From the NCBI GenBank assembly GCA_963725865.1, contig CAVSAC010000012.1, positions 1,280,001 through 1,344,000 of the forward strand: a stretch of DNA of 64,000 nt, given 5' to 3'. The notes below the pieces were generated by a model. It was not told the origin of the DNA and ran no database searches. It saw only the letters and a program-made list of their open reading frames with translations. The position numbers and the translations under genes are program-made. Shown piece after piece: positions 21,148 to 30,409 of the stretch (the first letter of the stretch is position 1; every line of letters begins with the position of its first letter). The stretch comes from Candidatus Eiseniibacteriota bacterium. GTDB taxonomy: Bacteria; Eisenbacteria; RBG-16-71-46.

Positions 21148-21855
21148 CTAGCGCCCGGACCGAGGGCGTGCGCGCTGTCTCCGCGAGGTGCCGGCGCTGC
21201 CTGCGGGACTTCGCGTCGAGATGAAATCGGTCGCCATTGCAGCCAATCCCGCGACAAGCGTCTTCGCTGACCGCGACCTCGCAGTGAAATGCCCTGTTGC
21301 CATCCAGACCGAAGTGACGCCCGAGATGGCCCCGAAGACCACACTCGCGAGTTCGTAGCGTTCTGCGTCACTCATCCTCGCCGCGCGCGGCGCGGTACCG
21401 AGGATCGCGGCAAGCCTGGAGAGATAGGCAACCAGCGCGGTCCTCAGCGGGCGCCAGGTCGGGCGATCGAACTTGAGCATCCCCCGAAGCTGATGGAACA
21501 CGCGCATCAGATCGGGATGCTCTGCGAAGAAGCTGAGATGAGCCTGAACGACTTGTCGGAGAAGTGCCTCGTCGTCGTGTGCCTTGCGTACGTTGTCGAC
21601 CACGTGCTGCCCGAGTTGGGCGAAGCCCATGGAGGCCACTGCACGGATCAACTCGTTCTTGTTGGTGAAGTACGTGTAGAGGGTGCCCTTCGCGATGCCC
21701 GCGGTGGTCGTGAGGTCCTCGATCCGAGCCTCGTACAGCCCATTCGCGCCGAACAGGCGGATCCCTGCGATAATCAATTCGTTGCGGGTCGCAGCCTTGC
21801 GACGCTCGCGCCTGCCTTGCGGAGGCGCGTTAGGCGATGCATTTGCTGTCGTCAT
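21148..21855 (-). CDS. TetR/AcrR family regulator
   Basis: RRERRKAATRNELI..G..LF...IEDL...AGIAKGTLYTYF.NK HTH. Confidence 0.92.
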   Translation of the reverse strand: MTTANASPNAPPQGRRERRKAATRNELIIAGIRLFGANGLYEARIEDLTTTAGIAKGTLYTYFTNKNELIRAVASMGFAQLGQHVVDNVRKAHDDEALLRQVVQAHLSFFAEHPDLMRVFHQLRGMLKFDRPTWRPLRTALVAYLSRLAAILGTAPRAARMSDAERYELASVVFGAISGVTSVWMATGHFTARSRSAKTLVAGLAAMATDFISTRSPAGSAGTSRRQRARPRSGR

Positions 21856-21871
21856 CAGTGTCCTTCCAAGT

Positions 21872-21916
21872 ACTTGACCCGGGAGTCAAGTTCAAACTTG
21901 ACCCACGAGTCAAGTT
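21872..21916. promoter_or_regulatory. tandem palindromic operators (probably bound by the TetR)
   Basis: ACTTGAC-N6-GTCAAGT twice with a 24-bp period, directly upstream of tetR. Confidence 0.8.
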
Positions 21917-22119
21917 CGCAGATGCTCCCGAGGGTGTCAATCGCCTTCGATTCCCCCGTACCTGACGGCGCGCGAATGCGACGCTCGACGATCGAGGTGA
22001 GCCCGGGCAGGAGGACACACGATGAAGCCGGGCGCTCACTACCTCCTCGCCGTCTTCGTCCTTGGTGTTTCGCTCGGCCTCCTCGCCACGCATGGTGAAC
22101 AGGTCCAAAGAGGCCGCAC

Positions 22120-23955
22120 GTGAGTCCGATCCGAAGCATCGCGAGGGAAGCGCGGGACCTGGAGCTGCATGCCGTGGGCCGGACGGTCGCGCTCAGCTCA
22201 CTGGTGGGGGTGGTGGCCGGGCTGGGCGCAATCGTGTTCCAGTACCTCTGCCAGTACGGCTCCCACTTCTTCCTCGACCGGCTCGCGGGGCTGCGCATGG
22301 AAGGGCCAGCCGGCGAGACCGCGCTGCTCGCCCCAACACAGTCGCTTTTCCACCCGTGGATGATTCCGCTGGTGGCGGGCTTGGGCGGTCTGCTCACGGG
22401 GCTGATCGTGCAGCGCTTCGCACCGGAGGCGGCGGGACACGGCACGGACGAGGCGGTGGATGCCTTCCACAGACGGGCCGGGGTGATCCGCGGTCGGGTG
22501 CCGTTCATCAAGACCATCGCCTCGGCGCTCACCCTGGGATCCGGGGGCTCCGGCGGCCGCGAGGGGCCGATCGCGCAGATCGGCGCTGGCTTCGGCTCGT
22601 TTCTCGCGTCCCGTCTGGGCCTGAGCGAGCGTGACCGGCGCATCCTGCTGGCGGCGGGCGTCGGCGCTGGCGTGGGAAGCATCTTCCGGGCTCCGCTGGC
22701 CGGGGCGTTGTTCGCTGCCGAGGTGCTCTACGCCGACCCGGAGTTCGAGTCCGACGTGATCATCCCGGCGGCGATCTCGACGATCGTCGCCTACTGCGTG
22801 TTCTCCCTGAAGTTCGGTTTCGGGACGCTGTTCGACACTCCCCACTTCACGTTCCACTCCGCGGCCGAGCTGCTGCCCTACACCGCTCTGGCGCTGGTCG
22901 TGGCGCTGGCGTCAGGCGTGTTCGTGAAGGTGTTCTACGGCACCCACGCGCTGTTCGAGCGTCTGAGGATGCCAAAGGTGCTGAAGCCGATGGTGGGTGG
23001 CCTGCTCACCGGGGGGCTGGCCCTGGTCGCCTACTATAGCGTGCGAGACCGGCGGGCGTTCGACGTTCTCTCGTTCGGCTACGGCTCCATCCAGCACGCG
23101 CTGCGGGGAGAGCTGCCCCTGGCGGTGCTGCTGGTGATCGCCGGTGGCAAGATGCTCACCACCTCCTGCTCGATCAGCTCGGGCGGCTCGGGCGGCGTGT
23201 TCGGGCCCTCGATGGTGATCGGCGGCACGCTCGGTGGTGCGGTGGGGCTGCTGGCGCAGCAGCTGATGCCGGGCGTGGTGACACAGCCGGGCGCGTACGT
23301 CGCGGTCGGGATGGCGGGCTTCTTCTCCGCGGCCGCGAACACGCCCATCTCCACGCTCGTCATGGTGTCGGAGATGACCGGCAACTACCAGCTCTTGCTC
23401 CCGGCCCTCTGGGTGTGCGCGATCGCGTACCTGATCGCGCGGCGCTGGACGCTCTACCGAAGCCAGGTCGCGAGTCGGCTTGACTCTCCCGCTCACCGGG
23501 GAGCGATCTTTGGGGGGCTGCTCAAATCACTACGAGTCGGCGACATCCTCGGCAGACGTCCGCTGCACACCATCCGCGAGACTGCATCGATGGCGGACGT
23601 GATCCAGAGCTGCATGACCTCGTCGCAGCACTGTTTCCCAGTGGTCGACGGCGTCGGGCGCATGACCGGACTGATCACGCTCGCGCAAGTGCGACAGTTC
23701 CTGGACGAGAAGGACGAGAACGGTCCGGTCATCGCACACGATCTGGCAACCAAGCCCCGGTCCTCGCTCTCGCCCGAGGATGACCTCGACTGGGCGCTCC
23801 AACGCCTCATGACACTGGATGTCGAGGAACTGCCTGTGGTGGAGCCAGCGAACTCGGGGCATCTGCTCGGCATCCTCTCGCGGCGCGACATCATCGCGGC
23901 CTACGCCCGGCGGCGGCTCGACACGGGGCCCGGGACCGCAGAGGCCACGACATGA
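22120..23955 (+). CDS. ClC chloride channel/antiporter with tandem CBS domains
   Basis: GHGTD, GSGGREGP, FRAPLAG and GGSGGVFGP motifs; C-terminal CBS pair. Confidence 0.93.
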   Translation: MSPIRSIAREARDLELHAVGRTVALSSLVGVVAGLGAIVFQYLCQYGSHFFLDRLAGLRMEGPAGETALLAPTQSLFHPWMIPLVAGLGGLLTGLIVQRFAPEAAGHGTDEAVDAFHRRAGVIRGRVPFIKTIASALTLGSGGSGGREGPIAQIGAGFGSFLASRLGLSERDRRILLAAGVGAGVGSIFRAPLAGALFAAEVLYADPEFESDVIIPAAISTIVAYCVFSLKFGFGTLFDTPHFTFHSAAELLPYTALALVVALASGVFVKVFYGTHALFERLRMPKVLKPMVGGLLTGGLALVAYYSVRDRRAFDVLSFGYGSIQHALRGELPLAVLLVIAGGKMLTTSCSISSGGSGGVFGPSMVIGGTLGGAVGLLAQQLMPGVVTQPGAYVAVGMAGFFSAAANTPISTLVMVSEMTGNYQLLLPALWVCAIAYLIARRWTLYRSQVASRLDSPAHRGAIFGGLLKSLRVGDILGRRPLHTIRETASMADVIQSCMTSSQHCFPVVDGVGRMTGLITLAQVRQFLDEKDENGPVIAHDLATKPRSSLSPEDDLDWALQRLMTLDVEELPVVEPANSGHLLGILSRRDIIAAYARRRLDTGPGTAEATT

Positions 23956-23962
23956 GCGACCC

Positions 23963-24826
23963 ATGGTGAGCGCACGCACCTCGACCGCTTGCGCTCGTGC
24001 GCTTGCTGGCCACGACCGACTTCGAAGGCCATGCGGCATCAGGGCCGGCTGGCCCGTGCCGCGCTCGACCGGCTGGCTCGTCTCTGGCGTGGCGCTGGCC
24101 ACGGCGCTCCTCGCAGCACGCGCCTGCGCCGCGCCCGACGCTCGAGAGATCGTCGACCGCGTGGACCGCCTCCTGCGAGGAGATTCGAGCCGCGGCCAGG
24201 TGGAGATGGCAGTGAGCACGAAGCACTGGAAACGCACCTTGAGCATGACGGTCTGGTCGCTGGGCACTCGGGACGCGCTGGTGCGGGTCACCGCGCCGGC
24301 GCGCGAAGCGGGCACGGCCACGCTCAAGGTGGGTTCCGAGGTCTGGAACTACCTGCCGCGGGTGGATCGGACAATCAAGGTGCCCTCCTCCCTCATGATG
24401 GGCTCCTGGATGGGCTCGCACCTGACCAACGACGACCTCGTCAAGGAGAGCCGTATGGTGGACGACTACGCCATCGCTCTCAGCTTCGATGGTGACCGCG
24501 GCGGAGAGAAGGTCTGGGAGTTCACGCTTACACCGAAGCCCGAGGCGGCGGTGGTGTGGGGGCGAGTGGTCGAGCAGGTCAGGCAGTCGGATCTGATGCC
24601 ACGATGGGCGCGCTACTACGACGAGGGTGGGGCGCTCGTGCGGACCATCGCGTTCTCGGACTTCCGGCCGATGGGCGGACGCCTGGTGCCGACCGTGCTC
24701 ACGGTGGTGCCCGCGGACAAGCCCGGAGAGCAGACCGTGCTCCACTACCTCGCCTTGGAGTTCAACGTCGGACTCGAGCCCTCGCTGTTCTCGCTGCGCA
24801 ACCTGCAGTCGGGCGCCTCGCCATGA
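23963..24826 (+). CDS. LolA-like outer membrane lipoprotein-sorting protein
   Basis: APAREAGTATLK...WNYLP.VDRTIK...GSWMGSHLTNDDL motif; start uncertain. Confidence 0.85.
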   Translation: MVSARTSTACARALAGHDRLRRPCGIRAGWPVPRSTGWLVSGVALATALLAARACAAPDAREIVDRVDRLLRGDSSRGQVEMAVSTKHWKRTLSMTVWSLGTRDALVRVTAPAREAGTATLKVGSEVWNYLPRVDRTIKVPSSLMMGSWMGSHLTNDDLVKESRMVDDYAIALSFDGDRGGEKVWEFTLTPKPEAAVVWGRVVEQVRQSDLMPRWARYYDEGGALVRTIAFSDFRPMGGRLVPTVLTVVPADKPGEQTVLHYLALEFNVGLEPSLFSLRNLQSGASP

Positions 24827-24875
24827 GTGGCGATCGTCGGTGCTTGGAGAGAGCGGGCACAGGACGGGCCGGCCA

Positions 24876-26132
24876 GTGAGGCGCATCTGGTGGCGCATCG
24901 CCTGGCGCAACCTGCTGAGGAATCGGCGACGCAGCCTGATCACCGGCGCGGCGCTGGCGCTGGGATTCGCGGCCTCCGTCGTGATGGAGGGGCTCTCCGA
25001 CGGGATCGTGGCGGAGATGATCGAGAACGGGACCGGGCTCCTGAGTGGACAGGTGCAGGTCCATGCACCCGATTGGCGGCCCGAGCGGAGCCTCTACAAC
25101 ACGTTGGGTGGGGACGCGGGCGCCGACGTCGAGTCGCTGTGCACGGCTGCCGACACCGAGCCGGGCGTGGTGGCGACTGCGCCTCGGGTGTGGGGCGCAG
25201 GCCTTCTCGGCACTTCCCATGCCTCGGTAGGAGCCGTGTTGCTGGGCGTCGACCTGGATCGCGAACGCCACGTGAGCCGCTTGCTTGGCAGCCTTGTGAA
25301 GGGACGCCTTCCCCGAGCCGGAGTCCGTGAGCTGATGGTTGGACGCTCTCTCGCCCGCAAGCTCAAAGTGGAAGTAGGTGACACGCTGGTGGTGGTCGCG
25401 CCGGCCGCAGACGGCTCGATGGCGAACGACCTGTTCCGCGTCAGCGGGCTCAATGCGAGCGGACTCTCCGAGCTCGATGCCGGTCAGGCGGTGCTGCCGC
25501 TGGATGTGCTCCAGCGCCTGCTCGTCCTCGAACCGGGGCGCGTGCACGAATTGGCTATCGCGATCCGAGACCCATGGAGAGCCGACACGATCGCAGCCGG
25601 GGTTCGCGCCCGACTGGCGGGCACCGGCCTGCCGCTCGACGCCGAGCCTTGGACACGGTTCCGCCCCGAGCTGGCCCAATACGCCGATCTGGCGAGCGCC
25701 TCGAACGGCGTCATCGTGATCGTGGTCTTCGTCATGGCGGTGTTCGGGGTGGCCAACACGATGCTCATGGGGACCTGGGAACGACGCCGGGAGTTCGCGG
25801 TCGTGCGCGCGCTGGGCACGACGCCGTGGGGCGTGGGCCGCACCGTGGTGCTCGAGGGTCTGCTGCTGGGTGTGCTGTCACTTGCCGCCGGCGTGGCGAT
25901 CACGTGGCCCGTGATGGCATGGTGGCACCGCTCGCCTCCGGACCTCTCGGCCTTCTACGGTGGGTTCACCATGGCGGGCGCGCTGGTGCGACCCACGCTG
26001 CGCGTCGAGTTCTCGACTGCGGCGCCGATCGAGAGCGCTGTCGCGCTCATCGTGACTGCGGTGGTCGCCGCCCTCTATCCGGCTTGGAGGGCTTCGCGTG
26101 TCCCTCCCGCCGACGCGCTGGCGGGCCGATGA
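24876..26132 (+). CDS. ABC transporter permease (LolC/E, FtsX-like)
   Basis: AWRNLLRNRRRS, NTMLM...ERRREF...RALG and ALYPAWRA motifs. Confidence 0.9.
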   Translation: MRRIWWRIAWRNLLRNRRRSLITGAALALGFAASVVMEGLSDGIVAEMIENGTGLLSGQVQVHAPDWRPERSLYNTLGGDAGADVESLCTAADTEPGVVATAPRVWGAGLLGTSHASVGAVLLGVDLDRERHVSRLLGSLVKGRLPRAGVRELMVGRSLARKLKVEVGDTLVVVAPAADGSMANDLFRVSGLNASGLSELDAGQAVLPLDVLQRLLVLEPGRVHELAIAIRDPWRADTIAAGVRARLAGTGLPLDAEPWTRFRPELAQYADLASASNGVIVIVVFVMAVFGVANTMLMGTWERRREFAVVRALGTTPWGVGRTVVLEGLLLGVLSLAAGVAITWPVMAWWHRSPPDLSAFYGGFTMAGALVRPTLRVEFSTAAPIESAVALIVTAVVAALYPAWRASRVPPADALAGR

Positions 26133-27415
26133 ACGGAGTCTCAGCGGCCCGTCGCGCGACGATCCTGCTTTCGCTCGCCCTGCGCAACGTGCGACGCCAG
26201 GCCCGGCGCAGCGTGCTCATCTCCTCTGCCATGGTGCTGGGGCTCGCCCTGCTGGTGCTGACGCGCGCGATCGCCGAGGGGGGACACGAGGCGTGGATCG
26301 AGACTGCCGTGCGGATGGCGGACGGCGACGTCTCGTTCCAAGCTCCGGGCTGGCTGGACGATCGTGAGCTCGGGCACCGATTGGAAGCCGTCGACCTTGC
26401 GCGGGCCGAGCAGGCGCTCCGGCTCCCTTCCCTGGCTTCAAGGGTGCGGATGGCGGCCCCGCGACTCGCCGTGGAGGGGCTCGCGGCGTCGGCCGAGTCG
26501 GCCTTGCCTGTCCAGGTGATCGGCGTGGATCCCATCCGGGAGCGCGACTTCTCACGGCTCGATCGCAAGCGCGTCGCCGGACGCGCGCTCGAGGGGGGCG
26601 ACCGCCTTGGCGCGTACGTGGGTGTGGGGCTGGCCGAGCGGCTCGGGCTGCGAGTCGGGTCCAAGCTGGTGCTCACCGCGCAGGGCGCGAGTGGCGATCT
26701 GCAGAGCCAGTTGGCCCGGATCGTGGGCACGTTCCGGACCGGCGTGCCCGAGGTCGACGATGGACTCGTGGAGATCCCGATCACCACCGCGCAACGCTGG
26801 CTCGGCACCGGGCCGTCCGTCACTTCGCTGGCGGTGCTGCTCGCGTCGAGCCGGGACACCGGCCCTGTGACGCGGTCGCTGCAGGCAGCCCTTGGCGGGC
26901 AGAACGATCCGCGCCTGCGGATCCTGACCTGGCAACAGTCCTCCCCCGAACTCGATTCGGCAGTGCGGATCGATGACTACGGAGACTGGGTCTTTCACGC
27001 CGTGCTGCTCGTGATCGTCCTGCTGGCGATCCTCAATGCCGTGCTCATGTCCGTGCTCCACCGAACCCGCGAATTCGGTGTGTTGCGGGCCATCGGACTC
27101 ACTCCCCGCGATGCCGGCCTCGTGGTCCTGGCCGAGGGTTTGCTGCTCACGGTAGCGAGCGGGGTCGCCGGCATCCTGCTGGGCATCGGAGTGACGTGGG
27201 GCCTGTGGCGGAACGGCCTCGACCTATCCGCGTTCCTGCGGGGCGATTTCACCGTCTCCGGCGTGGCGATCGATCCTGTGATCGTGCCGCGCTTCGTGCC
27301 CGACCAGATGCTCCTCAGCCTCGCGCTGGTGTTCGCGATGGGGCTGCTCGCGTCCCTCTATCCCGCGCTCCAGGCGGCGCGCATCCAGCCCGCCGAGGCC
27401 ATGGCATTCGAGTGA
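26129..27415 (+). CDS. ABC transporter permease (LolC/E, FtsX-like)
   Basis: LALRNVRRQARRS, LMSVLHRTREFGVLRAIG and ASLYPA motifs; ATGA overlap. Confidence 0.9.
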   Translation: MNGVSAARRATILLSLALRNVRRQARRSVLISSAMVLGLALLVLTRAIAEGGHEAWIETAVRMADGDVSFQAPGWLDDRELGHRLEAVDLARAEQALRLPSLASRVRMAAPRLAVEGLAASAESALPVQVIGVDPIRERDFSRLDRKRVAGRALEGGDRLGAYVGVGLAERLGLRVGSKLVLTAQGASGDLQSQLARIVGTFRTGVPEVDDGLVEIPITTAQRWLGTGPSVTSLAVLLASSRDTGPVTRSLQAALGGQNDPRLRILTWQQSSPELDSAVRIDDYGDWVFHAVLLVIVLLAILNAVLMSVLHRTREFGVLRAIGLTPRDAGLVVLAEGLLLTVASGVAGILLGIGVTWGLWRNGLDLSAFLRGDFTVSGVAIDPVIVPRFVPDQMLLSLALVFAMGLLASLYPALQAARIQPAEAMAFE

Positions 27416-28146
27416 TGGACTCCTCCGGTCCCTTCGCAGTGCGCACGCGCGACGTCTGGAAGATCTATGAGCAGGAAGCCGTTCCGGTCCAGGCGGTGAG
27501 AGGCGTTTCGCTGGAGATCCGTCCGGGTGAGTTCGCCGCCATGGCCGGCCCGTCGGGCTCGGGGAAGACGACGCTGCTCAACCTGATCGGCGGCCTGACG
27601 CGCCCGACGCGCGGGACCGTCGAGGTCGGTGGCCGTGACATCACCGCACTCTCCGAGCGCGAGCTGGCCGATCTCCGGCTCGAGAGCGTCGGCTTCGTCT
27701 TCCAGGCCTACAACCTGCTGCCGGTGCTGACAGCTCTCGAGAACGCGGAGTTCACGCTCCTGCTGCGTGGAGTGCCCAGCGGGGAGCGACTGCGGCGCGT
27801 GCGAGTCCTGTTCGAGCAGATGGGGCTCGAGGACCTCGAGGACCGACTACCCGGCCGGCTCTCGGGTGGACAGCAGCAGCGGGTGGCCGTCGCGCGCGCC
27901 GTCGTCGGAGCGCCGGCCCTCGTGCTGGCCGACGAGCCCACCGCGAACCTCGACACGAAGGCCGGTGGGGCGCTGCTCGACGTGATGGAGCAACTCAATC
28001 GTGAACGTGGTGTCACGTTCCTGTTCTCGAGCCACGACCCGCGCGTGATGGAGCGTGCGCATCGGCTGATTCGACTCGTGGACGGCGAAGTCGAGAGCGA
28101 CACGGTGCGACCGGAGCGCCGTGCGTTACCTTCGGCCGGAGCGTGA
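27415..28146 (+). CDS. ABC transporter ATP-binding protein (LolD-like)
   Basis: GPSGSGKT, LSGGQQQR, LADEPTANLD and SHD motifs. Confidence 0.95.
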   Translation: MDSSGPFAVRTRDVWKIYEQEAVPVQAVRGVSLEIRPGEFAAMAGPSGSGKTTLLNLIGGLTRPTRGTVEVGGRDITALSERELADLRLESVGFVFQAYNLLPVLTALENAEFTLLLRGVPSGERLRRVRVLFEQMGLEDLEDRLPGRLSGGQQQRVAVARAVVGAPALVLADEPTANLDTKAGGALLDVMEQLNRERGVTFLFSSHDPRVMERAHRLIRLVDGEVESDTVRPERRALPSAGA

Positions 28147-29354
28147 ACATGCTGCGGAGTGCGGCAGGGTCGACCGCGACGCTCGCGTTCGCAGCCGCGC
28201 TGACCATGACCCAGCCGAGCCTTCCGGCGCAGGCCGCCTCGGATCCCCAGGTCTACGCGCTCACGGTGGCAGGCCCGGTCGTGCCGCCGGGCGGCGGCGC
28301 GACCGGCTTCGCCGACTTCTCCCGTGTGCGTCTCATGGTCGCCCCGACGGTCGCGGGTGTCGCGATCGACCTTGCCTACGAGCACACGCTCCTCGCACTC
28401 GGATCCCCGTCTGACGGGCTCGGTGCGCTAGTGCCAGGGGCGACGCGCGCGAGCGGCGACTGGCTCGGGCTCGATGGTACGATCCGCTCGGATCAGCGGA
28501 TCGACTGGCGCCAGCGCGTCGATCGACTCTCGGCGACCCTGCGGAGCGGTGACTTCACGGTGAGCGCTGGCCGCCAGCCCATCTCGTGGGCCACGACGCT
28601 CTTCCTCACCCCCGCGGATCCCTTCGCTCCATTCGTTCCCTCCGATCCCTTTCGCGAGTACCGCGCCGGCGTGGATGCGGTGCGCGGGCGCTGGTTCCCC
28701 GGCCCCTTCACCGAGGCCGAGGCGGTCGTTCGGCCGGCGCGGACCCCCGACGGTCGCACGGTCACGGCGCTGGCGCGCGGGCGTCTCAAGCGCGGAGCGT
28801 GGGATCTCTCCATGTGGGCCGGCGCGCTGCACGACCGCGCCGCGGCCGCCGCGGGCGCGGTGGTCACGGCCGGAGGCTCGGCGTTCCGAATCGAGGGAGC
28901 ACTTCGCGGTACCGAGGAGGGCGTCGCCCGCGTTCGCGCGGCGGCCAGCGTGGATCGACGCGTGACCTTCCTCGGGCACGACCTCTACGGGGTCATCGAA
29001 CTCCAGCACGATGGCTTCGGCGCGGCGCGTGCGGCGGACCTGACCAGCGTCGCCGGCTCGCTCACTGCGAGGCGTGGCGAGATGCAGGTGCTCGGTCGCG
29101 ACGAGACGGCCGTACAGGCGCAGTGGCAGGTTCACCCGCTCGCAACACTCGAGGCAGTGGCGATCGTGAACCTGCGCGACGGCAGCATCCTCTGGGCGCC
29201 GGGCCTCGTTCTCTCGGCTACCGGCAGCATCACGGTTCGACTCGGCGGCGATCTGGGCACGGGTGCCCGCGACGCCGATCCCGGCCGGCCTCCGGCATCG
29301 GAGTACGGCGCTGTACCCCGCTTCGGCTACATCGCGGTCAGCGCGTTCCTCTGA
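28143..29354 (+). CDS. probable outer-membrane beta-barrel protein
   Basis: Signal peptide; 'VDRL...AGRQPISW...P.DPF.PF......EYRAGVDA' typical of barrels that follow LolA-like ABC modules; amphipathic C-terminal strand. Confidence 0.7.
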   Translation: MNMLRSAAGSTATLAFAAALTMTQPSLPAQAASDPQVYALTVAGPVVPPGGGATGFADFSRVRLMVAPTVAGVAIDLAYEHTLLALGSPSDGLGALVPGATRASGDWLGLDGTIRSDQRIDWRQRVDRLSATLRSGDFTVSAGRQPISWATTLFLTPADPFAPFVPSDPFREYRAGVDAVRGRWFPGPFTEAEAVVRPARTPDGRTVTALARGRLKRGAWDLSMWAGALHDRAAAAAGAVVTAGGSAFRIEGALRGTEEGVARVRAAASVDRRVTFLGHDLYGVIELQHDGFGAARAADLTSVAGSLTARRGEMQVLGRDETAVQAQWQVHPLATLEAVAIVNLRDGSILWAPGLVLSATGSITVRLGGDLGTGARDADPGRPPASEYGAVPRFGYIAVSAFL

Positions 29355-29586
29355 GCGGCGCAACACCGTTCGGAGTGCGACCAGGGTTCGACAGCTGGCC
29401 GCTGCCCAAAGTGGCTACGAGTTTGGCTACGAGAACGGTGTCAAAGCCTGTCCGCTCGTGTCCGGAGCTGACCGCTCGAACGTGAAGCCCTCGCGCCGGC
29501 AACCGACGCGAGGGCTTCGACATGAGCGCTGTCCACAATGGCTTACGTGAACGTATTCGTTTCGCCCCGAAAATGCCCGGGAGCGA

Positions 29587-29625
29587 TTAGGAAACCGCTG
29601 CTCTATCCGTCTGAGCTACGGGGCC
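29587..29625 (-). repeat. att site: displaced 5' half of tRNA-Arg (copy 3)
   Basis: 39/39 identity to 8220-8258. Confidence 0.95.
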
Positions 29626-29756
29626 GTGGCGCGGGAACGTACCGCACTTGGCTCGACGACGGAATCACGCGGGCAAGCCCCCGGCACGCCCTCAAGGCGC
29701 ATGCTCGCGATGGTCGCTCCCTCGTAACCCCGGATGGCACTGGCGCAATGAACGCA

Positions 29757-30173
29757 TCACTCGAGCATGATGACCCGCCTCGAAATGGTTTCGCCACCCC
29801 GTTGCATTCGAGCGAAATAGATGCCGCTCGGGACACGGCCTCCCTCCTGGCGCTTCCCGTCCCAATGGACCAGCACGGTGCCCGCCGCGACCTGCTCCTT
29901 CCAGACGCGCCGGCCAACGATGTCGTAGATCGCGATCTCGCCTGGCCCCGCCCCTGGACCCAGGGCGAATGTAACCGCTCCGTGCGCTGGTTGGGGAAAT
30001 GCCAGGAATCGCGGCCGCGCAGCGAACAACGGAGGCGGGCCAACCCCCGCCACCGGTGCCAGCCGGCTATTCAAGAGGAGCGCTGCTTGTACCGCACCTG
30101 CCTCCTGATAGAAGTCGACGTTGATCACGTTGATCTGCCCAATCTCGGCGAATTGGGAGACATAGGTACCCAA
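29757..30173 (-). pseudogene. orphan 3' fragment ending in an FlgD-Ig/T9SS-like C-terminal domain
   Basis: AFPQP...IAIYDIVGRRV...WDGK...GGRVPSGIYFARM; no signal peptide and an in-frame stop shortly upstream. Confidence 0.65.
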
Positions 30174-30409
30174 GCGGTTGTTAATCTCGTGGCTCCACTG
30201 ATGCAGCGTCAGGCACGCCCTCCCACGGGCCCTACCTCGTTGCTGGCCCGCACCGAGCGCGCCGCAAGAACGAAGCCCTCCGCCTTTCGGTCTTCAGGTA
30301 GCATGCTGGCCGTGACTGCTGCGTTCTGTACGACCGTCCTGCTCACCGTGCTCGGCGCCGCTCTGCGTCCGGGCGCGGTGGGCGCCGCCGGCCATTTTCG
30401 CACGTCGCG

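Larger units (their letters stand above)
20970..29625. mobile_element. genomic island 2 (about 8.6 kb), no integrase
   Basis: Bounded by tRNA 5'-half repeats at 20970-21009 and 29587-29625; tandem TGGCTACGAG repeats and a hairpin near its right end. Confidence 0.75.

Noticed and set aside
22120..23955. ClC as a fluoride exporter (CLC-F), given the nearby fluoride operon
   Set aside because: Motifs are GHGTD/GREGP/GVFGP rather than the CLC-F GNNLI/GREGT/GEVTP set, and I saw no riboswitch upstream.
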